Shown here piece after piece: positions 55,926 through 64,000 of a stretch of 64,000 bases of DNA. Origin of the DNA: Chloroflexota bacterium (lineage in GTDB: Bacteria > Chloroflexota > UBA11872 > VXNJ01). Each line of letters opens with the position of its first letter. Within the stretch, counting starts at the first letter, position 1. The position numbers and the translations under genes are program-made. The stretch lies in NCBI GenBank assembly GCA_965261345.1, contig OZ253449.1:1472001-1536000 (forward strand). Direction: 5' to 3'. Below the pieces are notes generated by a model. The model saw nothing but the letters and a program-made list of their open reading frames with translations, was not told the origin of the DNA and searched no databases.

Positions 55926-57041
55926 ATGACCAATTTGCGGCTACTAATACCCGGACCGATCGATCTAGACCAGCGGGTGCTGGCGGCCCTGGCCGAACCG
56001 GTGTTTCCACACTACGGGCAACCCTGGCTTGATCTCTACCGCCGCCTCCAGCAGGGGGTTTTGCGCTACGCCCAGACCGAGGGCGATGCCTACATAATGG
56101 CGTCCTCGGGATCCGGTGCGATCGAAGCCGGAGTCCGGTCGCTGACCAGTCCCGGCGACCGCGTGTTGGTACCCGTCAACGGCTATTTTTCGCAACGCTT
56201 TTTCGATATCGCCCGGGCCAACGGGCTCGAAGCCCGGAAGATGGACATCGCCCCGGGATCGGCCCCGACGCCCGAGCAGATCGCCGCGCGGATTGAGGCC
56301 GATCATATAAAAACCCTGCTGCTCTGTCACAGTGAGACATCGTCCGGGGCGATCTGTCCGTTGGAGGAAATCGCCCGCGTCTGCCGCGACCGCGGGGTAA
56401 ACATCATCGTGGACGCGGTCTCGTCGTTTGCGGCGGTTGAAATCCGCACCGATGAATGGGGCCTCGATTACCTGGCGACCGCCTCCCAGAAGGCCCTCGA
56501 GGGCCCGCCCGGGTTGGCGCCGGTGATCGTCTCGCCGCAGGGCTGGGATACCCTAAACGCCCGCCGCCGCAGTGCCCCCGGCTGGTACTTTGACCTTGCC
56601 GTCTGGCGCCAGTTCGCGGAAACCCAGGCCGACTTCCACCCCCAGCCGTCGACCATGCCGGTCAACGTGTGCCGGGCGTTCGACCGCGCCCTTCAAATCC
56701 AGCAGTCCGAAACCCCCGAGCAGCGCTTTGCGCGGACGGCCAAGGGGGCTGCTCAATTCCGCCAGCACCTTAAGGACCTGGGTTTTTCGATGCTGGCCCG
56801 CGAGGCTGTCGCCTCCCCGACGGTCACCTGCGCCCTGCCGCCGGCGGACCTGCCCGGCGGGGTCGACCCCCTGCTCTCCTGGCTGCGCCGCGAATGCGGA
56901 TTCGTCCTGGCCGAGGGTTTTGGTCCGCTCAAGGGGCGGATAATCCGGATCGGCCACATGTCGCGCCTGGTGTTTGACCAATACCTGCCCGATCTGCTTA
57001 TCGAGCTGGAGCGCTACCTGCGGCAGGCCCGCGCCGCTTAA
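55926..57041 (+). CDS. Class V PLP aminotransferase (alanine-glyoxylate/serine-pyruvate family)
   Basis: IPGP, HSETSSG, DAVSS, SQKAL-PPGL, RIGHM. Confidence 0.9.
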   Translation: MTNLRLLIPGPIDLDQRVLAALAEPVFPHYGQPWLDLYRRLQQGVLRYAQTEGDAYIMASSGSGAIEAGVRSLTSPGDRVLVPVNGYFSQRFFDIARANGLEARKMDIAPGSAPTPEQIAARIEADHIKTLLLCHSETSSGAICPLEEIARVCRDRGVNIIVDAVSSFAAVEIRTDEWGLDYLATASQKALEGPPGLAPVIVSPQGWDTLNARRRSAPGWYFDLAVWRQFAETQADFHPQPSTMPVNVCRAFDRALQIQQSETPEQRFARTAKGAAQFRQHLKDLGFSMLAREAVASPTVTCALPPADLPGGVDPLLSWLRRECGFVLAEGFGPLKGRIIRIGHMSRLVFDQYLPDLLIELERYLRQARAA

Positions 57042-57055
57042 CGGCGCGGCGGCGG

Positions 57056-58093
57056 CTACAAGTCGTCGAGTGGGGTGTTGGACCGCGGTTGGAGATTTAG
57101 CCGCATGATGCGGGCGTCGATCGCCGCATCGGTTCCCGGGGCCAGCTCCTCGACCTTGCGCAGATCGGCGATCGCCTCCTGGGTCCGCCCGAGCTGCTGG
57201 AAGACGTTGGCCCGGGCCAGGTAGATCAGCGGAAGATCGTCGCGATGCTCGATCGCGGCGCTGTAGCTTGCCAGCGCCGAGACGTAATCCTGGCGATTTT
57301 CCTGGAGGAACCCGCGCACATAGTAGGCCTGGGGGTAGGTACTATCGTTGGAATATTCGACCGCCCGATCGGCCGCCAGCGAGGCCGCCGCGACATCGTT
57401 AATCTCGTCGGTTAAGTAGAAATTGACCGCCTGCATATGGACCATCGGGTTCTGGCCGTTCTCGTTGATGACCCGGCGGACCAGTTCCAGCGCGTCATCG
57501 CGGCGCCCGGCCGCGGCCAGGACGTAGGCTGATTCGAAGCGTGCGGCAATGTCCTGATCGCGGACCTGGATGAGCAGCAAGGAAACGGCCATGGCGAAAA
57601 CCACCCCGGCCAGCGCCAGGAACCCGCCCAGCAGATTCTTGCCCTCGCCACCGGCGCCAAAAGCCTGCAGCGCGGCGGCGGCCAGCAGCATCGCCTGACC
57701 CGCAATCAGCGGCCACGGCGCGCCGAAGAAGGCCGCCTCAAAGGTGAATAGGCCGACCCCCAACAGGCCGCGCGCGCCCAGCTCAAGTTGTCCCGGGAGC
57801 CGGTCCGGCCGGCGGTTGAAGGCGATCATCAGATCGATCGCGATCAGCGCGACGATTGACCAGCGGAAGTCCTCGACCAGGGCCAGCGAAAGCAGCATCC
57901 AGAGGAGGTCGGCCGCCAGCAGCATGAACTTGCCCAGGGCCAGCGAGATTCCGGCTTCGGTCTCCTCCTCCTCGATTCGCATCTGTTCGATCGAGGGCAG
58001 GCGCAGCGAATCCGTATTGGCGCCAACCAGGGCCGGCAGGTTGTCCCGGTGGGGCGTGGTCGATCCCTGGGAATCGGCAAAACGGGCTAGCAA
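57056..58093 (-). CDS. Membrane protein with C-terminal TPR repeats
   Basis: About 5 TM helices, then AYYVRG/IYLARA TPR patterns. The start may be ATG 57982. Confidence 0.75.
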   Translation of the reverse strand: MLARFADSQGSTTPHRDNLPALVGANTDSLRLPSIEQMRIEEEETEAGISLALGKFMLLAADLLWMLLSLALVEDFRWSIVALIAIDLMIAFNRRPDRLPGQLELGARGLLGVGLFTFEAAFFGAPWPLIAGQAMLLAAAALQAFGAGGEGKNLLGGFLALAGVVFAMAVSLLLIQVRDQDIAARFESAYVLAAAGRRDDALELVRRVINENGQNPMVHMQAVNFYLTDEINDVAAASLAADRAVEYSNDSTYPQAYYVRGFLQENRQDYVSALASYSAAIEHRDDLPLIYLARANVFQQLGRTQEAIADLRKVEELAPGTDAAIDARIMRLNLQPRSNTPLDDL

Positions 58094-58260
58094 TTGAATC
58101 GGTCCGGGCGAGATTGGGGGTCGGGCTTAGTCGGCATTACAAAGACTAGGGACTTTGGCGGTCGATTTTCGCGCCGATTGCCCGGGTTGGTGGACCGACC
58201 GGGTTCAACCAGCCGCCGTTGGTTTAGAAACCTGGAACTGCGGCCGGCCGGGTGCGCCTC

Positions 58261-58266
58261 TATAAT
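58261..58266 (+). promoter_or_regulatory. Putative -10 element of the SAM-I leader
   Basis: Perfect TATAAT about 30 nt upstream of the aptamer. Confidence 0.5.
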
Positions 58267-58294
58267 TTGCCTCAATTGAATACGGTGGTTCCGG

Positions 58295-58408
58295 CTCTTA
58301 TCCAGAGTGGTGGAGGGACACGGCCCTTTGAAGCCCGGCAACCGGTGCGGCAGTTTTTGCCGCGCGTTAGGTGCCAACTCCGGCGAGCCTGCAATCGCAA
58401 GATAAGAG
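58295..58408 (+). ncRNA. SAM-I (S-box) riboswitch
   Basis: P1 CTCTTATC/GATAAGAG, CAGAG, GGAGGGA..GGCCC..TGAAGCCCGGCAACC, GGTGCCAACTCC. Confidence 0.96.
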
Positions 58409-58422
58409 GACACCACACCCTG

Positions 58423-58524
58423 ATGCGTAGCACTCGCAGTCCCAGCCCGCCCGGCTGGGCCAATAAACCCGCGGCATTCTTCCGCCTCGATGGTCATTCC
58501 CACGGCGGACAGTCCTTCATGTAG
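58423..58524 (+). CDS. Putative 33-aa leader peptide (uORF) of the SAM-I leader
   Basis: MRSTRSPSPPGWANKPAAFFRLDGHSHGGQSFM*. Its SD-like AAGAGGA overlaps the P1 3' strand and its last codons are complementary to the downstream SD. Confidence 0.45.
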   Translation: MRSTRSPSPPGWANKPAAFFRLDGHSHGGQSFM

Positions 58525-58634
58525 AGCTACCCTTCCGGCCTTGGTCGGCGCCGCTCGCGGTGCCTGCCCGCAGGCCAGGCAATCTCTGCAACTCTGAATT
58601 TGATAAATATTCGTGAAGGACTATCAGTTACAAA

Positions 58635-59897
58635 ATGGCCGATAAGGTACTTGGCCTAAGGTGCAAAAACTGCGCCAACGTCTACTCGGCTGGCGCCCAG
58701 CATGTCTGCAATCTCTGTTTCGGCCCGCTTGAGGTCATCTACGACTACGAGCTGATCGCATCGCGGATTTCGCGCCGCAAGATCGCCGAGGGACCGCTCT
58801 CGCTCTGGCGCTATGCCGATCTGCTGCCGCTTGATTCTGGCTGGGATCGCAACGTCCGAGTGGGATTTACTCCGCTCCAGCGTGCCGGCAAACTGGCCGA
58901 CCGGCTGGGCCTCAAAGAGCTCTGGCTCAAGAACGACAGCGTAAACCCGACCTTCTCCTTCAAGGACCGGCCGGTGGCCGTGGCCCTGGCCAAGGCGCGC
59001 CAGCTCGGCTATGAGGTCTTTGCCTGCGCCTCGACTGGAAACCTGGCCTCGGCGGTGGCCGGCGCCGGCGCCCGCACCGCGCTGAAGATCTACGTCTTTA
59101 TGCCTTCGGACGTGGAGGCCGGCAAGGTCTTGAACGCGGCGGTCTATGGGGCCAATCTGGTCGCCGTAAACGGGACCTACGATCAGCTCAACCGGCTCTG
59201 TTCGGAGATCGCCGACGAAGAAGACTGGGCCTTCTGCAACATCAACATGCGCCCCTACTACGCCGAGGGATCAAAGACCCTGGCCTTTGAAGTCGTCGAA
59301 CAACTTGGCTGGCGGGCGCCCGATCACGTGGTGGCGCCGATCGCCTCCGGGGCGCTCTACACCGAGATCGCCAAGGGATTTGCCGAGCTGGTGGAGGTCG
59401 GCCTGATCTCCTCACAGAGCGTTGCCATCTCCGGTGCCCAGGCCGATGGTTGTTCACCGGTGGCCGATGCTTTTGCGGCCGGACTAGACGAGTTCGAACC
59501 GGTGCGCGACCCGCTAACAGTCGCCAAGAGCCTGGCGATCGGCAACCCGGCCGACGGAAATTATTCGCTGCAGGTCGCCCGCTCCAGCGGTGGCGTGATC
59601 ACCAAGGTCACCGATGAGGAGATCATCGCGGCGATTTCGATCCTGGCCGCCGACGAGGGGATATTTACCGAACCGGCCGGTGGGGTCACGATCGCCACCC
59701 TGATCAAGCTGGCCCAAAAGGGTCAGTTCGGCAGGAACGAATCGGTGGTCGCCTACGTTACCGGCAACGGCTTAAAGACCCAGGAAGCGCTCGCCGGGCG
59801 CGGGGTGGCGAACATGACGATCGCCCCGACCCTGGGGGCGTTTGAGGAAGCCATCGCGCGCGAAACCAGCAACGAACGGGCCCCGGTGCTCATATGA
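58635..59897 (+). CDS. thrC: Threonine synthase-like PLP enzyme (likely O-phosphohomoserine sulfhydrylase, MetM-like)
   Basis: N-terminal CxxC-CxxC, NPTFSFKDR, CASTGN, EGSKT, TGNGLKT; follows SAM-I and precedes a MoaD-family gene. Confidence 0.85.
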   Translation: MADKVLGLRCKNCANVYSAGAQHVCNLCFGPLEVIYDYELIASRISRRKIAEGPLSLWRYADLLPLDSGWDRNVRVGFTPLQRAGKLADRLGLKELWLKNDSVNPTFSFKDRPVAVALAKARQLGYEVFACASTGNLASAVAGAGARTALKIYVFMPSDVEAGKVLNAAVYGANLVAVNGTYDQLNRLCSEIADEEDWAFCNINMRPYYAEGSKTLAFEVVEQLGWRAPDHVVAPIASGALYTEIAKGFAELVEVGLISSQSVAISGAQADGCSPVADAFAAGLDEFEPVRDPLTVAKSLAIGNPADGNYSLQVARSSGGVITKVTDEEIIAAISILAADEGIFTEPAGGVTIATLIKLAQKGQFGRNESVVAYVTGNGLKTQEALAGRGVANMTIAPTLGAFEEAIARETSNERAPVLI

Positions 59898-59970
59898 GGG
59901 CAACTGCTGGGCCCAGCTCAAGCCAATCCGAACAAACACCTTAAAAAACGGAAAACGAAAGCGATCAACC

Positions 59971-60243
59971 ATGGCAACCGTACGAATACCGGCGCCGATG
60001 CGTGAATTGGTGGGAAACCAGAAGCGGATCGAATCCGATTGCCCCAGCGTGAGGGCGATGATCGAACAGATCGATGCCGATCACCCGGGCTTTAAGCGCC
60101 GCCTAATTGGCGATGATGACGAGCTTTCCAAGTTCGTACAGATCTACGTCGGGGATGAAGACATCCGCTTCTTGTCCGGACTTGAGACCGAGCTGGTCGA
60201 GGGAACCCGGGTCTCGATCGTTCCGGCCGCCGCCGGCGGCTAG
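59971..60243 (+). CDS. MoaD/ThiS/CysO-family sulfur carrier protein
   Basis: MATVRIP...YVGDEDIRFLSGLET...IVPAAAGG; C-terminal Gly-Gly. Confidence 0.92.
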   Translation: MATVRIPAPMRELVGNQKRIESDCPSVRAMIEQIDADHPGFKRRLIGDDDELSKFVQIYVGDEDIRFLSGLETELVEGTRVSIVPAAAGG

Positions 60244-60255
60244 GTCGTTGGCCGG

Positions 60256-61176
60256 CTAACTTTCCACCTGGCTGGGATCGGCGTAGATTCCGGCGCCGAT
60301 TATTACCTCGTCAACCCGGACCGCCCAAGTCTGCTTGGATTCGTCCTGGCCGGTTACTGGATTGGTGAAGACGTATTCGACCAATTCGCCGTCAGCGTCG
60401 GCCCGGGCGCGCAATAGCTGGGTTATCTTGACCCCGTTGCGGTCGGTCAGGTCGGACTGGTCCGAACCGACCAATTCGGGATTGGCCGGGTGGGCCAGGA
60501 CAACCAGGTCGCGGGCGCGCAGCACGAAAACGTAAGACTCGCCGCGATTGAAGCGCGGCTCGGTCTGAATGCTACCGACCGGATCGTCCGCTCGCTGCCA
60601 GACCTCGATCGCATCGGCGACGATGTGCTTGATGTACCGGACATCGTCCAAGTAGTAACCGACCCCGAAATTTAAGTCCCCGACCTGCCTGATGTAGGAC
60701 CGCTTGGGCTCGGAGAACCCGGTCGCCGGATTGATGTAACGGTAGAGCCACCAGCCCCCGGTTTCAAAAGACTGGCTTAGGCCGGCGCTCACGTAGGCGA
60801 ACCCGTCGGAGTCAACCTGATCGGAAAAATCGAGTCCGACCAGCGACGGGTTGGCCGCGTGGGCGACCATGACGCCGTCATCATCGATTACGTAGACGTA
60901 GAGCTCGTGGACGCGCCAGGGGCCGCCCGGCGTGTTGATCGCGGCGATGGCTCCCTCCGGGTCGGTTTCCCAGGCCGCCAGCGCCGATTCGACCAAGCTG
61001 GCAACCGCGTCGGCCTGGACCTGTTCGGCTGGATCGATCGCGGCGGCGGTCGGGGCTGCCACGGTCCCGCAGCCGCCCAACAGGTTGATGGAAAGCAGCA
61101 TCCCCAGGACCAGCAGGCAGGTCTGACGCAGACTCACCGTAGCCCGAGATGGGATGTGCTTACAAAAGCCCGTCAT
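60256..61176 (-). CDS. Lipoprotein with two Cache (sCache_2-like) domains
   Basis: LGGC lipobox; two repeats of Y(V)(Y/F)V...AH(A/P)ANP.LVG.D...D..G...Y...NP.TG..E.K. Start is uncertain. Confidence 0.82.
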   Translation of the reverse strand: MTGFCKHIPSRATVSLRQTCLLVLGMLLSINLLGGCGTVAAPTAAAIDPAEQVQADAVASLVESALAAWETDPEGAIAAINTPGGPWRVHELYVYVIDDDGVMVAHAANPSLVGLDFSDQVDSDGFAYVSAGLSQSFETGGWWLYRYINPATGFSEPKRSYIRQVGDLNFGVGYYLDDVRYIKHIVADAIEVWQRADDPVGSIQTEPRFNRGESYVFVLRARDLVVLAHPANPELVGSDQSDLTDRNGVKITQLLRARADADGELVEYVFTNPVTGQDESKQTWAVRVDEVIIGAGIYADPSQVES

Positions 61177-61436
61177 AATCGAATTCCGCCGTTTCACTTT
61201 GCCGCCGCCGCTGCGCTTACCGTACCGAAAAAAAGGATAGTCGAGCGGCCCGGCAACCGCCGCCAGGATCGGGGCGTTGGGAAGGCCAGCCGATAAAATA
61301 TTTTTCCGATCATTGCGGGTGGCGCCGCGGACCGTATTGTCGGATCCGCCGGGCCGTTGACGGGCCGGCATGGGGGACTTGCCCCATCCGAACCCTGCCG
61401 CCAATTGACAATAAATCCACCAACCGGGCATCCGAT

Positions 61437-62186
61437 CTGAATCAGAATCCTCGTTACGCGGTGTTTGGCGATGTGCATGCCAACGTTACAGCGCTGGAGG
61501 CCATCCTGGCCGACATCGATTCGAAGGGGCCGTTCGATGCGGTTATCTCCAACGGCGACCAGATCGTTGGCGGGCCGCGGCCGGTCGAGGTCTGGGAGCT
61601 GCTGCAGCAGCGCTCGGCGTTGATGTTGATCGGCAACACCGAGCGCGACCTGCTGCTCGGCGATGTTCCGCCCCCTCCATGGGGCCTGGCCAAGCGGGGC
61701 ATGCTCAAGGCGGTCTTTTTTTTCTGCCGCGATCGGCTCGCGCCCGAACTGATCGAATCGGCTGGACGGCTTCCGTTCGCCGTCCGTCTGCGCGCCTATC
61801 CCGGTTCGCCGGTGCTCATGATTTCACACGCCAACGCCAGCAACGTTGATGATTTCCTCACCCCCACCACTTCGCACCGCGTATACGACCGCCTGCTGGG
61901 TAAGAATTGCCGTCCGCAGATGCTAATAACCGGGCACATCCATTCGCCTCAGGATGCCTTGATCGGGGGCGTGCGGGTGGTCCGGCCGGGCAGCGTTGGG
62001 CTCAAATACGAACGCGAGGTCCAGCACCTAGCTAACTGGCTGGAGGTGGAATTCGACCGCACCGCCGACGCCTGGACCTACCGCCGGCACGAGGTCGAGT
62101 GGGACAATGAGCTGGAGATTGAAGCCGGCTCGCGACTCGACTATCCGGGGGTAACTATCCTGCCCGGATTCTGGCGATTGGAGTAG
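61437..62186 (+). CDS. Metallophosphoesterase (YfcE/calcineurin-like)
   Basis: RYAVFGDVHAN, NGD, GNTE, GHIH, PGSVG. The first beta-strand starts upstream of GTG 61461; probable CTG start at 61437. Confidence 0.88.
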   Translation: MNQNPRYAVFGDVHANVTALEAILADIDSKGPFDAVISNGDQIVGGPRPVEVWELLQQRSALMLIGNTERDLLLGDVPPPPWGLAKRGMLKAVFFFCRDRLAPELIESAGRLPFAVRLRAYPGSPVLMISHANASNVDDFLTPTTSHRVYDRLLGKNCRPQMLITGHIHSPQDALIGGVRVVRPGSVGLKYEREVQHLANWLEVEFDRTADAWTYRRHEVEWDNELEIEAGSRLDYPGVTILPGFWRLE

Positions 62187-62192
62187 GGTCAG

Positions 62193-62558
62193 TTGGAACC
62201 GATCCCGCCCCCCTCGCGGACCCCGCGAAATCTGCCACAGACCCTCTATGAGGTTGGCGGCGGTTTCCTGTTGGGGTTGGCGGTCCTGGGTGGAATCGGC
62301 GCCACGGGAACGCTGCTGCTGTCCAGTTTTTTTGTCGACACCTCCGATCCGGCGATCCGCTGGCCGCTGGTGCTGGGAGCGCTGGCCCTCGTTGGCGGGA
62401 TCATGGGCAACAGCTACGGGTTCGCGGTGCGGTTTTTTCTGGTGCGGCGCGGTTATAAAGTCAGACTCGGAGCCCCGCCACCGTCCCATCTGGTCAAGCA
62501 GATTCAGGCAATCGAAGCGGCGGGGTCAGACCGCAACGTTACCGACTGGGAAACCTAA
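62193..62558 (+). CDS. Hypothetical two-TM membrane protein
   Basis: 121 aa, two hydrophobic segments, operonic spacing. Confidence 0.7.
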   Translation: MEPIPPPSRTPRNLPQTLYEVGGGFLLGLAVLGGIGATGTLLLSSFFVDTSDPAIRWPLVLGALALVGGIMGNSYGFAVRFFLVRRGYKVRLGAPPPSHLVKQIQAIEAAGSDRNVTDWET

Positions 62559-62570
62559 AGGAATCCGCCA

Positions 62571-63002
62571 ATGCTCAAGGGCCTAGATCCGCTGCTCAAC
62601 GCCGACCTCCTGTACGTGCTCGCTGCGATGGGCCACGGCGACGAACTGATCATCGTTGATGCCAATTTCCCCGATACCGCCCACGCCGAACGGCTGGTCC
62701 GCCTCGATGGCAACAGCGCAACCGATGCGCTTTCTGTGATCCTCTCGGTCCTACCGCTGGATACGTTCATACCCGCCCCCTGCGCGACGATGGCACCAGT
62801 TGACGGCGGCCCCGAACCGGCGGTTGTTGCCCAGTTCAAGCGGATCGCCGCCGCCGCGGAGGGCCGCACGGTCGAATTTGAGGAGGTCGAACGCTTCGCC
62901 TTTTACGAGCGCGCGGCCGACAGTTTCGCGATCGTCTCCACCAGTGAACGACGCCTCTACGGAAATGTCATCGTGACCAAGGGCATCATCGCGCCCGACT
63001 GA
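62571..63002 (+). CDS. fucU: RbsD/FucU-family sugar mutarotase
   Basis: MLKG, MGHGDEL...DANFP, RFAFYERA, YGNVIVTKG. Confidence 0.88.
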   Translation: MLKGLDPLLNADLLYVLAAMGHGDELIIVDANFPDTAHAERLVRLDGNSATDALSVILSVLPLDTFIPAPCATMAPVDGGPEPAVVAQFKRIAAAAEGRTVEFEEVERFAFYERAADSFAIVSTSERRLYGNVIVTKGIIAPD

Positions 63003-63029
63003 ACCCCCTCCCCGCAGCGATTGAGAACA

Positions 63030-63974
63030 ATGCCGCTATATCTGAAAGAAGCCGACGTTGAGCAGGTGCTCGACATGGATCTGGCGCTGGCGCAGGTCGA
63101 AAAAGTCCAGCACTGCCTAAGCACCGGCGGGGCAAAAAACCTTCCGCGCCGCCGGATCATCCAGTCCGGGCGGACCCTCCACCTGATGGCTGCCAGCGAC
63201 GAGGATTGCGGTTACGCCGGGCATAAGTCCTACTTAGCCGCCCCGGGGGGCATCAACTTTACGGTCGTCCTCTACGAGATCGCCAGCGGCCGATTGGCCG
63301 CTGTCATCGAGGCCGGCCGGTTGGGTCAGATCCGCACCGGGGCGGCCAGCGGGGTGGCCAGCAAATACCTGGCCCGACCCGAATCTGCCCGGTTGGGAGT
63401 CATCGGCGGTGGCTACCAAGCCGAGACCCAGGTCGAGGCGATCTGCCGCGTCCTGCCGATTTCCCAGGTGCGTGCCTACCGGCGAACCCCCGACCGGCTG
63501 GCCAACTTCTGCCGCCGTGTCGGGGAAAAGCTGGGGATTGAGGTGGTGGCGGCCGAGTCGGCGGCGGAGGCGGTCGCCGAGGCCGACGTGATCATTACCG
63601 CCACCAACTCGCTCGAACCGGTAATTTCCGGACGATTGCCGGCCGGCGTTCACGTATGCGCGATGGGTTCCAATAGAGCCGCCGCGGCCGAGCTGGCGCC
63701 CGATACGGTGGGGCTGTTTGACCGGGTGGTCTGCGACGACATCGATCAGGCCCGGGTCGAGGCCGGCGATCTTATCCGAGCCAACCAGGCCGGGACCTTT
63801 GCCTGGGGAACCGCGATTGCCCTTGGCGACGTGATCGCCGGTAAAGCTTCCGGTCGCCGGTCGCCTAGCGATACGACTCTTTTCGAGTCGTTGGGGATCG
63901 CCGCCTGGGATGTGGCGGTGGCCGCCCGGGTTCTGGAACGGGCGCGCGCTGAGGGACTCGGCCGCCAGCTTTAA
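63030..63974 (+). CDS. Ornithine cyclodeaminase / mu-crystallin family protein
   Basis: RTGAASG, IGGGYQA, ITATNS, FESLGIAAWD. Confidence 0.9.
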   Translation: MPLYLKEADVEQVLDMDLALAQVEKVQHCLSTGGAKNLPRRRIIQSGRTLHLMAASDEDCGYAGHKSYLAAPGGINFTVVLYEIASGRLAAVIEAGRLGQIRTGAASGVASKYLARPESARLGVIGGGYQAETQVEAICRVLPISQVRAYRRTPDRLANFCRRVGEKLGIEVVAAESAAEAVAEADVIITATNSLEPVISGRLPAGVHVCAMGSNRAAAAELAPDTVGLFDRVVCDDIDQARVEAGDLIRANQAGTFAWGTAIALGDVIAGKASGRRSPSDTTLFESLGIAAWDVAVAARVLERARAEGLGRQL

Positions 63975-64000
63975 GGATTTCATCCGGCGGCGCCCGGCGG

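Noticed and set aside
61716-61723. T8 homopolymer (also T7 at 9632-9638) as phase-variation sites
   Set aside because: Short, in frame and simply encoding Phe/Val-rich segments; no frameshift is evident.

Overview
GC-rich bacterial chromosomal window. The gene styles (ftsH, dut, mnmA, Tat-lipoprotein SBPs) suggest Chloroflexota, but this is inference. It holds about 60 CDS, tRNA-Leu(TAG), a TPP riboswitch and a SAM-I riboswitch. I found no transposase, integrase, phage or CRISPR signal. Core loci are rpmI-rplT-pheS-pheT, sufCBD-Rieske-sufSU, ftsB-dut-tilS-ftsH, mnmA, sodA and nfo. Accessory loci are an Fe(III) ABC transporter, a galB-galD-catechol 2,3-dioxygenase cluster, a DUF4242/ACAD-like/NitT-TauT ABC operon, a ThiXYZ-type transporter and a SAM-regulated thrC-like + MoaD pair. 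Top leads: (1) a 33-codon uORF behind the SAM-I aptamer that ends in a Met codon and carries an 11-bp anti-Shine-Dalgarno for the downstream gene; (2) an uncharacterised DUF4242 / Glu-less ACAD-like / ABC operon; (3) a ~265-nt structured plus-strand RNA candidate with RNase P-like landmarks beside the tRNA; (4) a 43-codon in-frame remnant of galC/ligK that keeps galB-galD translational coupling; (5) probable non-canonical ATC and CTG start codons. All calls were made by eye, with no database searches.
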